From the IMG/VR virus record IMGVR_UViG_3300014208_000036, positions 1 to 64,000 of that record: a DNA stretch of 64,000 nt, one strand, 5' to 3'. Position 1 is the stretch's first letter, and each line of letters opens with the position of its first letter. This stretch comes from a virus (taxonomy: Duplodnaviria; Caudoviricetes). Shown here one piece after another: positions 52,861 to 64,000 of the stretch. The translations under genes and the position numbers were made by a program. A model generated the notes under the pieces. That model did not search any database. It was given only the letters and a program-made list of their open reading frames with translations, and was not told the origin of the DNA.

Positions 52861-53811
52861 TCAGAATGCTGGCGTCGATGAGCCATCCCAAGGTAGTCGA
52901 ATATCGTTCACGCTCCACCAATCATTTGCCGTTGAAACGGTGAATCTATCGCCGAGAGCGCGCACCTTACCATTCCAACGAACCATTGTTGAGATTCCCT
53001 TCCAACCCGTTGGTGCTGTCGCGCTAGATCTTCTACAATAGATAAGTGGAAAACCTTCATCCTTTATCGAGAATGGATTTGTTCCGACGCCGCCGGTGCC
53101 GACGTCAGGAAAATATGTAAAACCAGCGCCGCTGGTCACCATCGCGGCGGCGACAGCAACGTAGGATGAGCTTAGAAAGCCTAATATCCCATTGGTAGTT
53201 CCAGCAGTTGCTGATTCGGTGTAAAGATTTGTGTACACGGCCGTTGTTTGATACAATCTTATGAACGAATATGCGTCAGTATCCAATGAGTCATTTCCAA
53301 TCACCGGATCCATCACAAATACGCCGTTAACTGTTCCGGCAGGTGTGTACGCTACGTGATACGATCCGTATGGGCTAGCGTTGTTGGCGCAATATTGCCC
53401 CCGGTACGTATTGTCAGTTGTGAACCATTGGACAAATGATGGGGCGGCATCAGAACCTCCTCCTACAATGAGCGTTTCATCGGTCGCGGACGGAGTCTGT
53501 GTTGCCGACGGAGATCCACCTGTGAATTTTGCCGATTGTGAGTATTTTACCCTCCATTGAAGATTGCTCGCGGTCGATCTCTGAATCGTAAATTCTCTCG
53601 TTCCAGCAGGATCCTGCAATCTTACCCAGGCTGAGTTGTTAGCTAAACCACCAGCACCCGAAGCACCTGATGTTACCTGAGCAGCGGCCCGTGTCGTTCC
53701 ATCTGATGAATCCTGCTGTGTCCATCCAGCTGTTTTCAAAACAGATATGTAATTCCACATGTGAACGGCACCCGTTGCCGGTAGTTGATTTACTGTGAAT
53801 ACGTATGCCAT
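52861..53811 (-). CDS. Virion/tail-associated protein
   Basis: SD AAGGA; Gly/Thr/Ser-rich beta sequence. Confidence 0.65.
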   Translation of the reverse strand: MAYVFTVNQLPATGAVHMWNYISVLKTAGWTQQDSSDGTTRAAAQVTSGASGAGGLANNSAWVRLQDPAGTREFTIQRSTASNLQWRVKYSQSAKFTGGSPSATQTPSATDETLIVGGGSDAAPSFVQWFTTDNTYRGQYCANNASPYGSYHVAYTPAGTVNGVFVMDPVIGNDSLDTDAYSFIRLYQTTAVYTNLYTESATAGTTNGILGFLSSSYVAVAAAMVTSGAGFTYFPDVGTGGVGTNPFSIKDEGFPLIYCRRSSATAPTGWKGISTMVRWNGKVRALGDRFTVSTANDWWSVNDIRLPWDGSSTPAF

Positions 53812-53821
53812 GTTATTTTCC

Positions 53822-55621
53822 TTATGTTATGTATGGTGAATAAACAATATCAAGCCTGGCGTTCCTACACGCTACTGTGCTTGCCGTAGATCCTGAGACC
53901 GTTCGCCACAATCTTGCCTCGATTATTCCAGACCCGGTCACAGCATTAAATACTGATGTCAAGTTTACAGAAACCTGCGTCATCGTTGGGTTAGAAGATG
54001 ACATCGTTGAATTTGTGATAATCGCGGGCGGATATGCAAAGATTCCGTTCACATCGTAAAGATCAACGGCGGCGGACATGTTTAATTCCGTTGTCGTTGT
54101 ATCGAGAATTGCACGCCAATTATACGATATTGGCACGCCAATTGCAGTTACGGTCTGAGGTGAGAAATAAATTGCACCCAATGATGTTTTGTTTAAGACG
54201 TGTGAGGTATTTGATGTGACCGCACCTGCAAGGAAAGGACTCGTGAAGATCGCTGCCTGACCTGATGTAGATTCTATCACTAACCTCGCGCTTCTGCACG
54301 TTACGCTGCTTGTCAACGATCCTGAAACAGTTCGCCAAAGACGAGCTTCGAAAATTCCAGATCCGGTGATGTTCGAAAACGTTGTCGTTAGATCAACTTC
54401 GACCTGAGCCATCGTTTGATTCGATGAAGAAATTGCAGAATTTGCTACGATCGCCGGTGGGTAAGCGACGGCACCATTAACATCGTACAAATCAACTGAA
54501 GCCGACATGTTCGGTTCAGTACTCATAACGTCAAGGATAGCTCTCCAATAAATTCGTTTAATGCTGCCCGTAATTGCGCTGTACACGCTTGGGTTGTAAT
54601 AAAATGCGCCGATCGAAAGTTTATCAGAAGCGTGTGCAGTGTTTGTTGTTTGCTTTCCAGCTAAGGCATAAAATTCATATACGGGTGACACAGATGCTGT
54701 CACCGCCGATATAACGACTTGACCGTTTGATTGAGAGGCAATCGTGATATTACCGCCTGCAACTAGATACGATCCTCCAGAACTTAATTGTTGTAATGAA
54801 CCTGATAAACCGCCCGTTGCAACGACAGGACCTGTGAATCTCGTTCCCGAAACGGTTGCAACGATATTATCGTTGATGCTCAACGTTGCGGCGGCTCCTG
54901 CACCCGCGTCGCTTAGCAGTATACCTGTGCCGGCGGTGAGTACCCTTTCATTTGGTAACGATCCGGTTGCACCCATCGTTACGTACGACGCAGAGACGTC
55001 AGTACCTGATTGTGATGATATTACAACTGTAGATCCCGCACCATTATCGGTTATCGAAATTCCCGAACCGGCCGTTAATACCCTTTCGTTCGTTAACGTT
55101 GCATCGGTGCTTAACGTTACGTATGTTGCAGTCGTCGGAGCTCCTCCACCCCCACCTCCGGATGAAATTTTTTGCCAGCTCGACCCTCCCCAATACAGAA
55201 TGATAGATTCATATGCTGTTGAAAATGTCGTTGACGTTAAGCCATCGATCAGAATTCCAGAAATCGATGATTGAATTGTCATCGTGGTGACGGCCGCATT
55301 TCCATCAACATCTTTTATGATGTGCAATTCACCAATTTTTGACGCCCTGGGCAATCTAATCGTTGCGGTTGAAGGGGATGTTGAGTCAACGGTTACGTTC
55401 GTGATCGTTACGTTCGATGAGACATCGACGATGGCAGTGTTATCACGATTGAGTTCAAGCGTCTCGAGTGCGACGGCTAATCGTCCTTTAAGGAGGAGTT
55501 CCGCTGGAATCCCTGTCGTACCTATTTGCGTATCAACGGGGATTGCAATTCGTTTCGTTTTGTTAGTGTTGTTATCCTTGACAACAATGAACAACGATTT
55601 TTCAGCACTTCCCTTGATCAT
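53822..55621 (-). CDS. Tail-fibre-like protein with internal repeats and duplicated C-terminal domain
   Basis: NERVLTAG x2; WRAILD...VDLYDVNG...YPPAI...EARLWRTVSGS x2. Confidence 0.75.
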   Translation of the reverse strand: MIKGSAEKSLFIVVKDNNTNKTKRIAIPVDTQIGTTGIPAELLLKGRLAVALETLELNRDNTAIVDVSSNVTITNVTVDSTSPSTATIRLPRASKIGELHIIKDVDGNAAVTTMTIQSSISGILIDGLTSTTFSTAYESIILYWGGSSWQKISSGGGGGGAPTTATYVTLSTDATLTNERVLTAGSGISITDNGAGSTVVISSQSGTDVSASYVTMGATGSLPNERVLTAGTGILLSDAGAGAAATLSINDNIVATVSGTRFTGPVVATGGLSGSLQQLSSGGSYLVAGGNITIASQSNGQVVISAVTASVSPVYEFYALAGKQTTNTAHASDKLSIGAFYYNPSVYSAITGSIKRIYWRAILDVMSTEPNMSASVDLYDVNGAVAYPPAIVANSAISSSNQTMAQVEVDLTTTFSNITGSGIFEARLWRTVSGSLTSSVTCRSARLVIESTSGQAAIFTSPFLAGAVTSNTSHVLNKTSLGAIYFSPQTVTAIGVPISYNWRAILDTTTTELNMSAAVDLYDVNGIFAYPPAIITNSTMSSSNPTMTQVSVNLTSVFNAVTGSGIIEARLWRTVSGSTASTVACRNARLDIVYSPYIT

Positions 55622-55633
55622 TAATTCACCCGA

Positions 55634-58600
55634 TCACAATGACGCCTGTGAGTCGAACGTAATTATGCTAGAATTCAACGTATCGATATTAATGTCGTTT
55701 CTATTTCTTGCAATGCCATCAAAGTATGGAAGTGATGACGTTGCCTCAAAACTAAGATTTGATGACCAGGTATTTTCTGGATTTGTTACCTTTCCGTCAA
55801 AATCGATAAACTTTGCAATCACAACTGATGATCCAACACCTTCTTTTACCTGATCTTTCGTTGTAGAGTCGGGCGTTAAATAAAATTTCGATATTTGTCT
55901 TTGCTCCAACATGTCACGTATTTGACCGTATCGATTTGTTCTGAAGTATGATTTACTGTACGTTGGTAATCCGCTCAAAATTCCGTACTTCCAACCACGT
56001 GATATCGGCCCATGAACAAATCTGAATACCGTATCAGCACTCTGATATGCGGTTGCATACGATCTGACATTTGGAAAATTATTCGCGCCTAACGTTATTC
56101 CAGATGAATCAAGTGATGCCGGGCTATATGTTTTATGATCACCGAATCCGAATAAAACCTTTGAAACATCGACAGTTGACATTGATCCTGTTGTTGAATT
56201 GATTCTATCTGAATACAGATCGAGAACGCCTTCAATTGTTGAATCGCTGTCAATGTCATAATGTGAAAATATTCCGACGATCAACCCATCAACTTTTCTT
56301 GTCGGTATGTAACTTCCAGAATTAAGCGCTATGTCGGCCTTTAGTTTTGCGTTGTATGAATTTTTGATATCTTTTTGCCTGTTTGCAGATGCGTAATGTG
56401 GTTCAAATGGAAATGCATTTTGCCAACGTGAATTGCACGTTGCATTAAACGTATCATCCGTTAGTTTCAAATTTAAGTAAATAACACCAAATGATCCCGT
56501 GCTTCCGAACGATCCGATACTCCAAGGGATATTTGCGTAATTTACTGGTATGCTGATGTATTTTTGATCGGCTGCTAACACTTCGCTGATCGATGGCGGC
56601 ATTGAATCCCAATAACGTTCGATTGAATCAACATATTGAGATATTCCCAACATTCCTGATCGTTCCCACCATGGTTGTGAATTGTACGAAACGCCATCTG
56701 AGCCCGACGATGGAGATCCGTACGATCTTGCGTTATTTTTGCTAAATGCGCGTTTTCTGTTATCTGATACGACGATTGTCTTTGTTCCACTTGAATTATC
56801 AATGAGAAACATCGAACCAGTCATGTACGCATCAAAGATGCTACCGGAAAGTTCTGTTCCATAGAAACTCTCAATTTGATCAAAAATAGGATCATCACCA
56901 ATGACCTCATGAATTGAATTTGTTACGGTACGTTGTTCAAGCGTATCATGTTTTTCAACGCCTGCAACCAGCGTGCTGCCATACATCGTTAAATTAATTG
57001 CGCCCGTTAAAAGTGAAACATCGTGCGAAATTGTTCCTGATGGAAGTCCGGATGAATATGAAAAAGGTCTTGTTTTTGATATTGCAACGATCAATTTATC
57101 GCCAGGTAGCAACATGTACGGCGACTGTGCAAATGACAGCAACGGAATGGCTGCTTCTAATTTTGCATATTCAGATGTGATGATTGCTGTTTCATATGAA
57201 CTTGGCATTACGCCACCTGATATGAACGTTGCGTAATTTAATGCGTTTAACGTACCATTTGCGCCTGAGACATAAAACGGGTTCTTCACCCGATTCAATG
57301 TTGTTGCGTTTAAAGTTGTGAATTCATTTCCAAAAACACTTCTTGGTGATTGAACAAATCCTGATTTTGATCTTCCAAAATTACTCACCTGAGCAATTCT
57401 CGTGCAAATTAGTCCGGTGCCACCGGCACCACCAGCCCCAATTGTTCCGCTATCAAAGGTGACGTATTCAGAATTTAATATGTCATAAATTCCAGACGTT
57501 GTTGATGGTGATGTCGTTGTTGTAGGCGTCAACATCTCTAACCACGCAATGATGCCATTTGAAACTTGAGCTTCGCATCTTACAGTAACTGAACCAGTCA
57601 TGTAATATCCAACTGTCGAACTTGACATAGGCATGACAATGGCACCTGGTTTAGCACCGTGACCTATGAATCCATTTGTTGAGAATTGTGAAGCGCTTCT
57701 GCCTGAAACATCCACGTAGTTTCTTAATTTTACTGGATCGCCTACATCAAATGCATGTGTAATAGTTCCCGTTAATATAAGATCTCTTATCGTTCCTTCG
57801 CTGGTAACAGTTTGTCTGAACAACGATACGGTCAATCCTGGGCCTAAAAATTCAAACGTTGAATATTGCCAACCCGTAGAACCGTTGTCAACGATCGGTG
57901 TAAATGCTGTCGTATTGTCCTGGAACCAACCATCTCCGAACGCAATTGGTATCTCAAATATTGCTTTTTCAATTATGAATGGTTGTTGAATATCAACTGT
58001 TACTAATTCGTCATTAGATGCAAAATATTGTTGATTTACTGTTACACTTTTTGAAAAAAACGTATTAAGTGCTAGGTTAACATTTGTTGTGGTCGCGTTC
58101 GCACCAATTAGCTGATCGCTAGAATTTGTTCTAACGCTGGGAGAAGTTCTCGCCTTAGACCCTGATGAAATGAAATTTCCAATCGGCCCGAATGCCTTGC
58201 TATCTTCAGCGATATTGTAATTTATTTCGCTGACACCAGGCAAGAACGAAATATCACCATTCGTATTATTGCTGGGAATTGCATCATTGTCATCCAGCAG
58301 ATACGTGCTATTTAATGGTACACCCCACGAACCAGATCTTTGGTTGTAGTAATAAATTGCTGACGCTGTTGGCATCATTCGGCAATTTACGTTAATAGGA
58401 AAAGATAGTTTTAGTTTTGTTTTTGACTTAAGAGGTTGCTTTAAATTCAATCCAAACTGTGTTATGCTGGATCCAGAAATAAAAAAATCGTCGGATACGT
58501 TTGCGGGATCATTTTCATATAATGATGATTCGTTAAATGCCGTTTTTTCATTCATCGGCTCATTTGAATGAATGAACGAATCATCAATTGTGCCATAGGG

Positions 58601-59842
58601 CGTTGTGCCAACGAATAACGTGTCTTCATTAAATAAATCATGAATTTCAGACGCTAATGTTCCAGGCTCTCCGTAAAATCTATGAAGATTTGTTGGGTAG
58701 TTAACGTTGTTCATCGAACCAGTTGTTGTAAACAACAATGTTTTTCGATCATCAAATGTTAATTTGTTACGATTGCGCCTATTTGCACCGATCTTATTCC
58801 TATCTGCAAATGTTTGTCGTTTATCACGTAAACGTAGTTCATTACGAGGCAGTACTTTTTTTCTATTGACCGGTGGTGCAAAAATATATGAACAACCTAC
58901 GTTGTTAAGCGCTGGCCAATGCAAACTTGATGATAACGTAACATTATAGTACGTTGAAAATGGGCCTAACGTATCTACGTACGAAGATGTGTAAATAGCA
59001 CCGCCTAATGCATACTGTTGCCTATCATTATCGTGCTGACCAAGGCCATATGAAAAATCACGGAAACGTGTAGCACCTTTGATAACCCCAATCGTCGAAC
59101 CTATGGTCGCAACTGAGCTATCCTGTGATGTATTTCGTTTGATGTTTAGGGGATCTCTTGCCCCATAATTGAACTCAATTCTTCCATTTTCATTTAAAAC
59201 GACCTCGTAACGAAGATGTTTGTCATCCACAAACGTTGAAAGAAACGTATTCCATCGAACCACTAACCTACGTCCGTATTTGCCTTTATCGTAAGCGTAT
59301 CGAACAGCGTATTCATTTTCATTTACCTTGTAATACGATGGTTCTAAGCCGCTTGAAATTCGTTCTTTTTTCTTGCTTGGTATCGTTGATGCACTGGTAC
59401 CGGTGCCGGTGATGAACGTATTTGACGCGATTGCTATTTGACTATTACAATACCAAGGTGCTAAAACAACGTGACTTCCGGTGAACGTTGTTCTTAATCT
59501 TGCTGGTGTCGCAACTGAAGGTGAGATATTCGATGATGTAAATGTTCCCAACGACGGATCGACAAGCGCCATCCAACCATTCGTTGCAACAACGAATTTT
59601 TTATATGTTATTTGATCAAATTCAAACTCAAATCCAATATCAAGGATGTCAGAAATTGCGCCTGTGTGGTAACTGATTCCTGGCGACATGGGAGCAGTTT
59701 CTAATGACGCAGGACCAGCTGGAAAGAATGCCTTCGGAGGAGTATTTGACAGACCTGAATCTTCGGAAAGAACACGAGTTAGCGTGTAGTCCTCAAAAAT
59801 TTTCGTTGGTTGCGCTCGTAATTCTTTTGATGTTCCGAACAT
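55634..59842 (-). CDS. Large virion structural protein (1402 aa)
   Basis: Long S/T/G-rich ORF; N-terminal nidogen/NIDO-like F.FEF...VATNGW...LAPWY segment. Confidence 0.7.
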   Translation of the reverse strand: MFGTSKELRAQPTKIFEDYTLTRVLSEDSGLSNTPPKAFFPAGPASLETAPMSPGISYHTGAISDILDIGFEFEFDQITYKKFVVATNGWMALVDPSLGTFTSSNISPSVATPARLRTTFTGSHVVLAPWYCNSQIAIASNTFITGTGTSASTIPSKKKERISSGLEPSYYKVNENEYAVRYAYDKGKYGRRLVVRWNTFLSTFVDDKHLRYEVVLNENGRIEFNYGARDPLNIKRNTSQDSSVATIGSTIGVIKGATRFRDFSYGLGQHDNDRQQYALGGAIYTSSYVDTLGPFSTYYNVTLSSSLHWPALNNVGCSYIFAPPVNRKKVLPRNELRLRDKRQTFADRNKIGANRRNRNKLTFDDRKTLLFTTTGSMNNVNYPTNLHRFYGEPGTLASEIHDLFNEDTLFVGTTPYGTIDDSFIHSNEPMNEKTAFNESSLYENDPANVSDDFFISGSSITQFGLNLKQPLKSKTKLKLSFPINVNCRMMPTASAIYYYNQRSGSWGVPLNSTYLLDDNDAIPSNNTNGDISFLPGVSEINYNIAEDSKAFGPIGNFISSGSKARTSPSVRTNSSDQLIGANATTTNVNLALNTFFSKSVTVNQQYFASNDELVTVDIQQPFIIEKAIFEIPIAFGDGWFQDNTTAFTPIVDNGSTGWQYSTFEFLGPGLTVSLFRQTVTSEGTIRDLILTGTITHAFDVGDPVKLRNYVDVSGRSASQFSTNGFIGHGAKPGAIVMPMSSSTVGYYMTGSVTVRCEAQVSNGIIAWLEMLTPTTTTSPSTTSGIYDILNSEYVTFDSGTIGAGGAGGTGLICTRIAQVSNFGRSKSGFVQSPRSVFGNEFTTLNATTLNRVKNPFYVSGANGTLNALNYATFISGGVMPSSYETAIITSEYAKLEAAIPLLSFAQSPYMLLPGDKLIVAISKTRPFSYSSGLPSGTISHDVSLLTGAINLTMYGSTLVAGVEKHDTLEQRTVTNSIHEVIGDDPIFDQIESFYGTELSGSIFDAYMTGSMFLIDNSSGTKTIVVSDNRKRAFSKNNARSYGSPSSGSDGVSYNSQPWWERSGMLGISQYVDSIERYWDSMPPSISEVLAADQKYISIPVNYANIPWSIGSFGSTGSFGVIYLNLKLTDDTFNATCNSRWQNAFPFEPHYASANRQKDIKNSYNAKLKADIALNSGSYIPTRKVDGLIVGIFSHYDIDSDSTIEGVLDLYSDRINSTTGSMSTVDVSKVLFGFGDHKTYSPASLDSSGITLGANNFPNVRSYATAYQSADTVFRFVHGPISRGWKYGILSGLPTYSKSYFRTNRYGQIRDMLEQRQISKFYLTPDSTTKDQVKEGVGSSVVIAKFIDFDGKVTNPENTWSSNLSFEATSSLPYFDGIARNRNDINIDTLNSSIITFDSQASL

Positions 59843-60696
59843 TAGTAAGTCATCCCTCCAAACGCAATTGAATCGGTTCCAATCTTACCAGTTGTATCAA
59901 ACGTCCAGCCGCAGGTAGCACTTCGTTGCGAGGAATTCAAGTAATTTTCAGTTGAACCTGTCATCATGCTTAATGCGGCAATCATGTTGGAATCATAAAC
60001 AGTTGACGATGTTGTGTTGCACAACAATCTTTGATCAGAAAATGGTGTGATTAAAACTCTTTCAACGTAGATCAACGTGTCGGCAGGAATTGAATTATTC
60101 ACGAGATCGATTTCATCAACATGAGAAATTCCACCATATGTTGTGGAATTTTCATAAATTGTGACAACGTTATCGGTTGAATTCGTTCTATCTGTATTTC
60201 CATTTCCAAATTCACCTTTTAAACCGAGTGGATCAAAAACAATGTCGATATTTTTATATGCCGACCTGGAACGAATCGTGAATGGTTCGGCTACACCGTC
60301 AACTACGTAATTTACCGGTATGTTTGTTGAGGTTGTGACCGTTGGAATGTTTAACGTTCCCGTTAATTGAGGTAAACTTAAGTCATATACATTTGGATAC
60401 TTTTTAAGTTCAAATTTACTGATATCATCAAATTGTGTCGTGTCGCGGAATGAACTTCCTTGTCCAAACGTTGATCGATGCAACCGATGCATCGGTTCAC
60501 CAGAATGAATTTTAAACATTCCAGCATCAAAGTGGGTGATGTTCGTTATTTCAACGCCTTGTCTGTATGCATCAATTTCACTTGTTGATATTGACGACGT
60601 ATTGACCAGCGTCGGGTTTTCTATAATTTCACGCGACGGACCCTCGTCGAAGAACGTAGTTTCAACCTTATTTCTGAAGAAATCATTAATGAACAT
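59842..60696 (-). CDS. Virion structural protein (probable)
   Basis: Coupled within the operon. Confidence 0.65.
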   Translation of the reverse strand: MFINDFFRNKVETTFFDEGPSREIIENPTLVNTSSISTSEIDAYRQGVEITNITHFDAGMFKIHSGEPMHRLHRSTFGQGSSFRDTTQFDDISKFELKKYPNVYDLSLPQLTGTLNIPTVTTSTNIPVNYVVDGVAEPFTIRSRSAYKNIDIVFDPLGLKGEFGNGNTDRTNSTDNVVTIYENSTTYGGISHVDEIDLVNNSIPADTLIYVERVLITPFSDQRLLCNTTSSTVYDSNMIAALSMMTGSTENYLNSSQRSATCGWTFDTTGKIGTDSIAFGGMTY

Positions 60697-60697
60697 A

Positions 60698-63600
60698 TCA
60701 ATACTTACGTGCTGTTCCGGTGATCAATTGTAAGTAGATAGTATCCTTCAATGATGGACGATTGTTTTCTCTAACATACGTTTCAACAAATTGATACTGT
60801 AATTTGTGTCTTTCAAGCATATGAGATTCAATCGTAAAATGAGTTCCTCTGAACTTTGTTTTTCTTGGTACCAATTGTTCAATGAATGTTCCTATTGACA
60901 TATCGAACCAACGATAAAATTCAAAAAATGCCTTGAAATTAAGTTTTTCCTTGATTCTGTTAAAGTAAAGATCCCTTAACACTTCTAAGTCAGGGTAATC
61001 AGCTGAGAATAATAGTTCAGGTGAACCTAGGGAGTTATTCATGCTATCGAGCGTTGAAAACATTGTTATGATGTCTCTGTTTAATGCATCAACCAGCGAA
61101 AAATCAATAGAAAATCTTGCATCATCCGTTGGTTCTTCGCTCTTTACAAGTTCATACACAGGCGCCGCAGAAGCATGTGGCGTTGAATCAATCAATGATT
61201 GTTTGTTGAAACTTCTTATTCTAATTTTTTCGTTTGTCGACGCTTCATCAAAGTATGGTGAAATGTAGCTGTAGTCAAAAATCTCAGGTTTAATTGATTT
61301 ATCGTCGATGGTAAATCCACTACCGGAAAAATGAAAACCATTCTCACTTAAATCTATGAAGGTTAAGCTGCCATCTGTGCTTGCTGAGAGCTCTGTTTGC
61401 TTGACAAATGTTTCAAGTCTCAATCTCTCGAATGATCCTGTTTTGCTTGTTACGTAGTTGTAATTTGTGCTAGGTTCACTAACACCAGCAGAGCGATAAT
61501 TTAGAACGTGCTCCTTCCATTCATCTTCTGACAGAGCTTTTGACCAAAATCGTAAATTCGAGACGCTTCCATTGAAATCAGTCACCCTTGATTCTGTTGA
61601 AATCGTTGAATCATTCAAATAATAACTTCCCGTTGAAATTGTTTGATTTTGTCCTACGACTAAAAATGATCCCGATGAACTTAATGTTGATTTCTTTCTG
61701 AATGCGTTATCCTCACCTGATGGACACTCATTAAAAAATGATGATGTCGAAATGTAATTTTCTAATTCACCGGCTGTTTGATTGCTAACACGCAAAAAAT
61801 ACGATGATGAAATTATTGAATCTATGGAATCATTCCTCTCACAACCGAATGATACGCTCCATTTTTGTGAATCAAAAAATGCTCCGTCAGGTAAACTCAT
61901 TGTCATAAACAACGTAGGTGATGAAGCAGTCGTACCTGGGCGGCAATACAACATTAATTTTGGATCGATCGATGATGAAACGATAAGGAGATTTGCAACC
62001 AGTCCAAATGAACTTGATAATGTTCCTGTGACGCACAACCTAACCAAACTTTGTGTAGCACTCGTCATGAGCGATCGTTGAATTGGGTTGTATTTGTACG
62101 TTGCTTCTAACGACCACGATCCTGACGTTAACAGACCGTCATCAACATTGTTTGAAATTCCGTGCGGCGGAAATAATGTTTGCTGTGTGAAAGTACCAGC
62201 TTGTGTTGGATAGCCAACCTCGATACGTGAAGCTGACAGGAATGGTGAGACAGCTAACGATGATGTTATGAATTCTACCATTGAGCCGATATCACGTTTA
62301 GATTCACGTGAGTTATCGAGTTGTTTAACGGTTGGTCCTCCAAATTCTCTTATTCTTAGACTGTTGTCTGGGTCGATACCAACAGCTCTGAGAAATGACT
62401 TGATACTGTGCTGCGTTCCCTTTGATCTGATTACGTCTGGTATATTGATCAGAACTCGTCTTAGAATTTCGTTCTGAACGTATTTCAATGAATGTTCATT
62501 TGTGCTGATTTCCTTATCAACATTTTCTGCCAACGAATACTGTTCGACCGTTGAATCGTTAAACATCGGTGGAAGATTAAATCCATAATGCTTAACAAGA
62601 TCATGCAAGAAATTATCAGGTGCACTATCGTATCGATCGTACGTAACGGTTCGTAGCGTGCTGAATGAATCAGCATATAATTTCATCTCATCAAAAAATT
62701 TCGCCCAAATGTACAACAACGATAGTACGACCTGAACATCACCTAGTTGACCTTCACCAGGAATTCCTTCACCACCGTATGCATTTCCACCGTCACCGCC
62801 CGGTTCAGAAAATCCATCAAAAAGAGCACCATCAAGAAGATAGTGTTGAGGAACCAACCTTGTTATGAGGTTCATATTTGCGGCATCGTACACAGTTGCT
62901 GATGCCAATAGTTCGACGTTCAAATCGATAACATCTAGATATCCCGGGAATAGAACTGGTACGGTTTCATCCTTTTCATAAATCATTAACGATGATTCAT
63001 CCAAGGCTGCATCCTGTCTAAGGCTAGAAGTTATTGAACCTGTTGCATCCAAACCAGCGTACGTTAGAAAATTTGTTATCGTTGAATGAAGCGAATTTCC
63101 TGAACTATCGATCACTATCGCATTGACCTGTTCGTTAGCATTTGATGATAAACGCTCAGGTTCATTAAATTTGTAATAAAGCTTTAATTCATCCGTAGAA
63201 TAGATGCTTTTTGCGGCATATTGCAGTTGCTGTTCAACAGTACGAGTTTCATGAAAAACCCTAAACTCATCGATGCTAGCGGAGAGCGTTTGAGTTGGTG
63301 TTCTTGTTGTAGCACCTAAAACAATTGTCGTTCCACTTCCTATCAGGAAATTTGTTCCATTGATTCCAAGATCCCCAAAGACTGTCTTATTTGTTGAGGT
63401 TGCAATTCTTACGGAATTTTTGAAAAATTCAAGATAATGAACCCCTTCGTCCTTGTTTAATGTCAAGCACACATGATTAAAAGAGCCCTTTGAAAGAGGC
63501 GCTTCAACAAACAAATTTGAAGAACCAGAAACAACACTAAAAACCGAATCTATGGATGACGTTGATGATGTAGGAAGCAGATGGAATGCGAATCCATTGA

Positions 63601-63979
63601 GCGTTCCAGATAACATTTGGAAAACTGTTTGTGTTCCAAGCGTTTGTTCTGCTGGCACGTAAATTTGAAATTCGACGCTTAACGATAGATCTTGAGGATT
63701 CAATATCGATTCACCTGTTTTATTTTTTGATAATTCAGGGTACAATGATCCTGCGATATCTTTTACAACGATATAGCTACCGTACGAAGGTCCAGTTTCA
63801 GAGAGAGCACTTCCGGTAAAATGTAGTTGACCATGATATTTTGGAAATTGATCAAATATCCAACGTTCATAACCAGTCAAATTATCGAAGTAAAGTTCGA
63901 CTTCTTCCTGCGTTCCATCGAACGGAAATCCATTGATTACATTTTCAAAAGCAATGTTTACCTTTGCTTCTGCGGACAT
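60698..63979 (-). CDS. Large baseplate/tail protein with two LamG-like domains (probably 5'-truncated by the window edge)
   Basis: FNHVCLT...IDEFRVF; SLEATY...VSNLRFWSKAL; wedge-like LFEFYRWFD...GIVIESH-type C-terminus. Confidence 0.75.
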   Translation of the reverse strand: MSAEAKVNIAFENVINGFPFDGTQEEVELYFDNLTGYERWIFDQFPKYHGQLHFTGSALSETGPSYGSYIVVKDIAGSLYPELSKNKTGESILNPQDLSLSVEFQIYVPAEQTLGTQTVFQMLSGTLNGFAFHLLPTSSTSSIDSVFSVVSGSSNLFVEAPLSKGSFNHVCLTLNKDEGVHYLEFFKNSVRIATSTNKTVFGDLGINGTNFLIGSGTTIVLGATTRTPTQTLSASIDEFRVFHETRTVEQQLQYAAKSIYSTDELKLYYKFNEPERLSSNANEQVNAIVIDSSGNSLHSTITNFLTYAGLDATGSITSSLRQDAALDESSLMIYEKDETVPVLFPGYLDVIDLNVELLASATVYDAANMNLITRLVPQHYLLDGALFDGFSEPGGDGGNAYGGEGIPGEGQLGDVQVVLSLLYIWAKFFDEMKLYADSFSTLRTVTYDRYDSAPDNFLHDLVKHYGFNLPPMFNDSTVEQYSLAENVDKEISTNEHSLKYVQNEILRRVLINIPDVIRSKGTQHSIKSFLRAVGIDPDNSLRIREFGGPTVKQLDNSRESKRDIGSMVEFITSSLAVSPFLSASRIEVGYPTQAGTFTQQTLFPPHGISNNVDDGLLTSGSWSLEATYKYNPIQRSLMTSATQSLVRLCVTGTLSSSFGLVANLLIVSSSIDPKLMLYCRPGTTASSPTLFMTMSLPDGAFFDSQKWSVSFGCERNDSIDSIISSSYFLRVSNQTAGELENYISTSSFFNECPSGEDNAFRKKSTLSSSGSFLVVGQNQTISTGSYYLNDSTISTESRVTDFNGSVSNLRFWSKALSEDEWKEHVLNYRSAGVSEPSTNYNYVTSKTGSFERLRLETFVKQTELSASTDGSLTFIDLSENGFHFSGSGFTIDDKSIKPEIFDYSYISPYFDEASTNEKIRIRSFNKQSLIDSTPHASAAPVYELVKSEEPTDDARFSIDFSLVDALNRDIITMFSTLDSMNNSLGSPELLFSADYPDLEVLRDLYFNRIKEKLNFKAFFEFYRWFDMSIGTFIEQLVPRKTKFRGTHFTIESHMLERHKLQYQFVETYVRENNRPSLKDTIYLQLITGTARKY

Positions 63980-64000
63980 AAAAAATGTGTGATTTTCAAA

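Noticed and set aside
1-64000. Genome-wide stop-codon reassignment (TAG or TGA), as in some huge phages
   Set aside because: Long genes are intact in code 11, TAG and TGA end many genes cleanly before the next start or promoter, and no CUA/UCA suppressor tRNA was found; only the single TAG at 40227 is suspicious.

Overview
Fragment of a very large (jumbo/huge) tailed dsDNA phage genome read in the standard genetic code; the host cannot be determined from the sequence. + strand, in order: (1) 1-6640, a GC-rich array of about 20 tiny genes, nearly each with its own GTGNAA-N18-TANNNN promoter and an apparently leaderless ATG; one cassette carries a non-coding 40-nt tRNA 'top half' instead of an ORF. 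(2) A palindromic spacer. (3) 7061-11911, about 15 tandem SH3/KOW-like paralogues. (4) Accessory genes: DEDDh exonuclease, zincins, a holin-like protein, a CCA-enzyme-like HD protein lacking its nucleotidyltransferase domain, and an HNH. (5) About 42 tRNAs covering all 20 amino acids in two clusters, plus several aberrant tRNA-like RNAs, interleaved with a protein kinase, homing endonucleases, NADAR, Pth2, TilS and an RNA ligase. (6) A sigma70-family factor lacking region 4.2, with a stand-alone sigma4-like HTH nearby. (7) A MoxR ATPase and VWA partner. (8) An ATP-dependent DNA ligase split into two ORFs by a free-standing GIY-YIG endonuclease. (9) A GC-rich tail-fibre/SGNH island with an in-frame amber stop. 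- strand, 52.6-64 kb: virion/tail structural genes. All calls are by eye from motifs and base pairing; no database searches were run.
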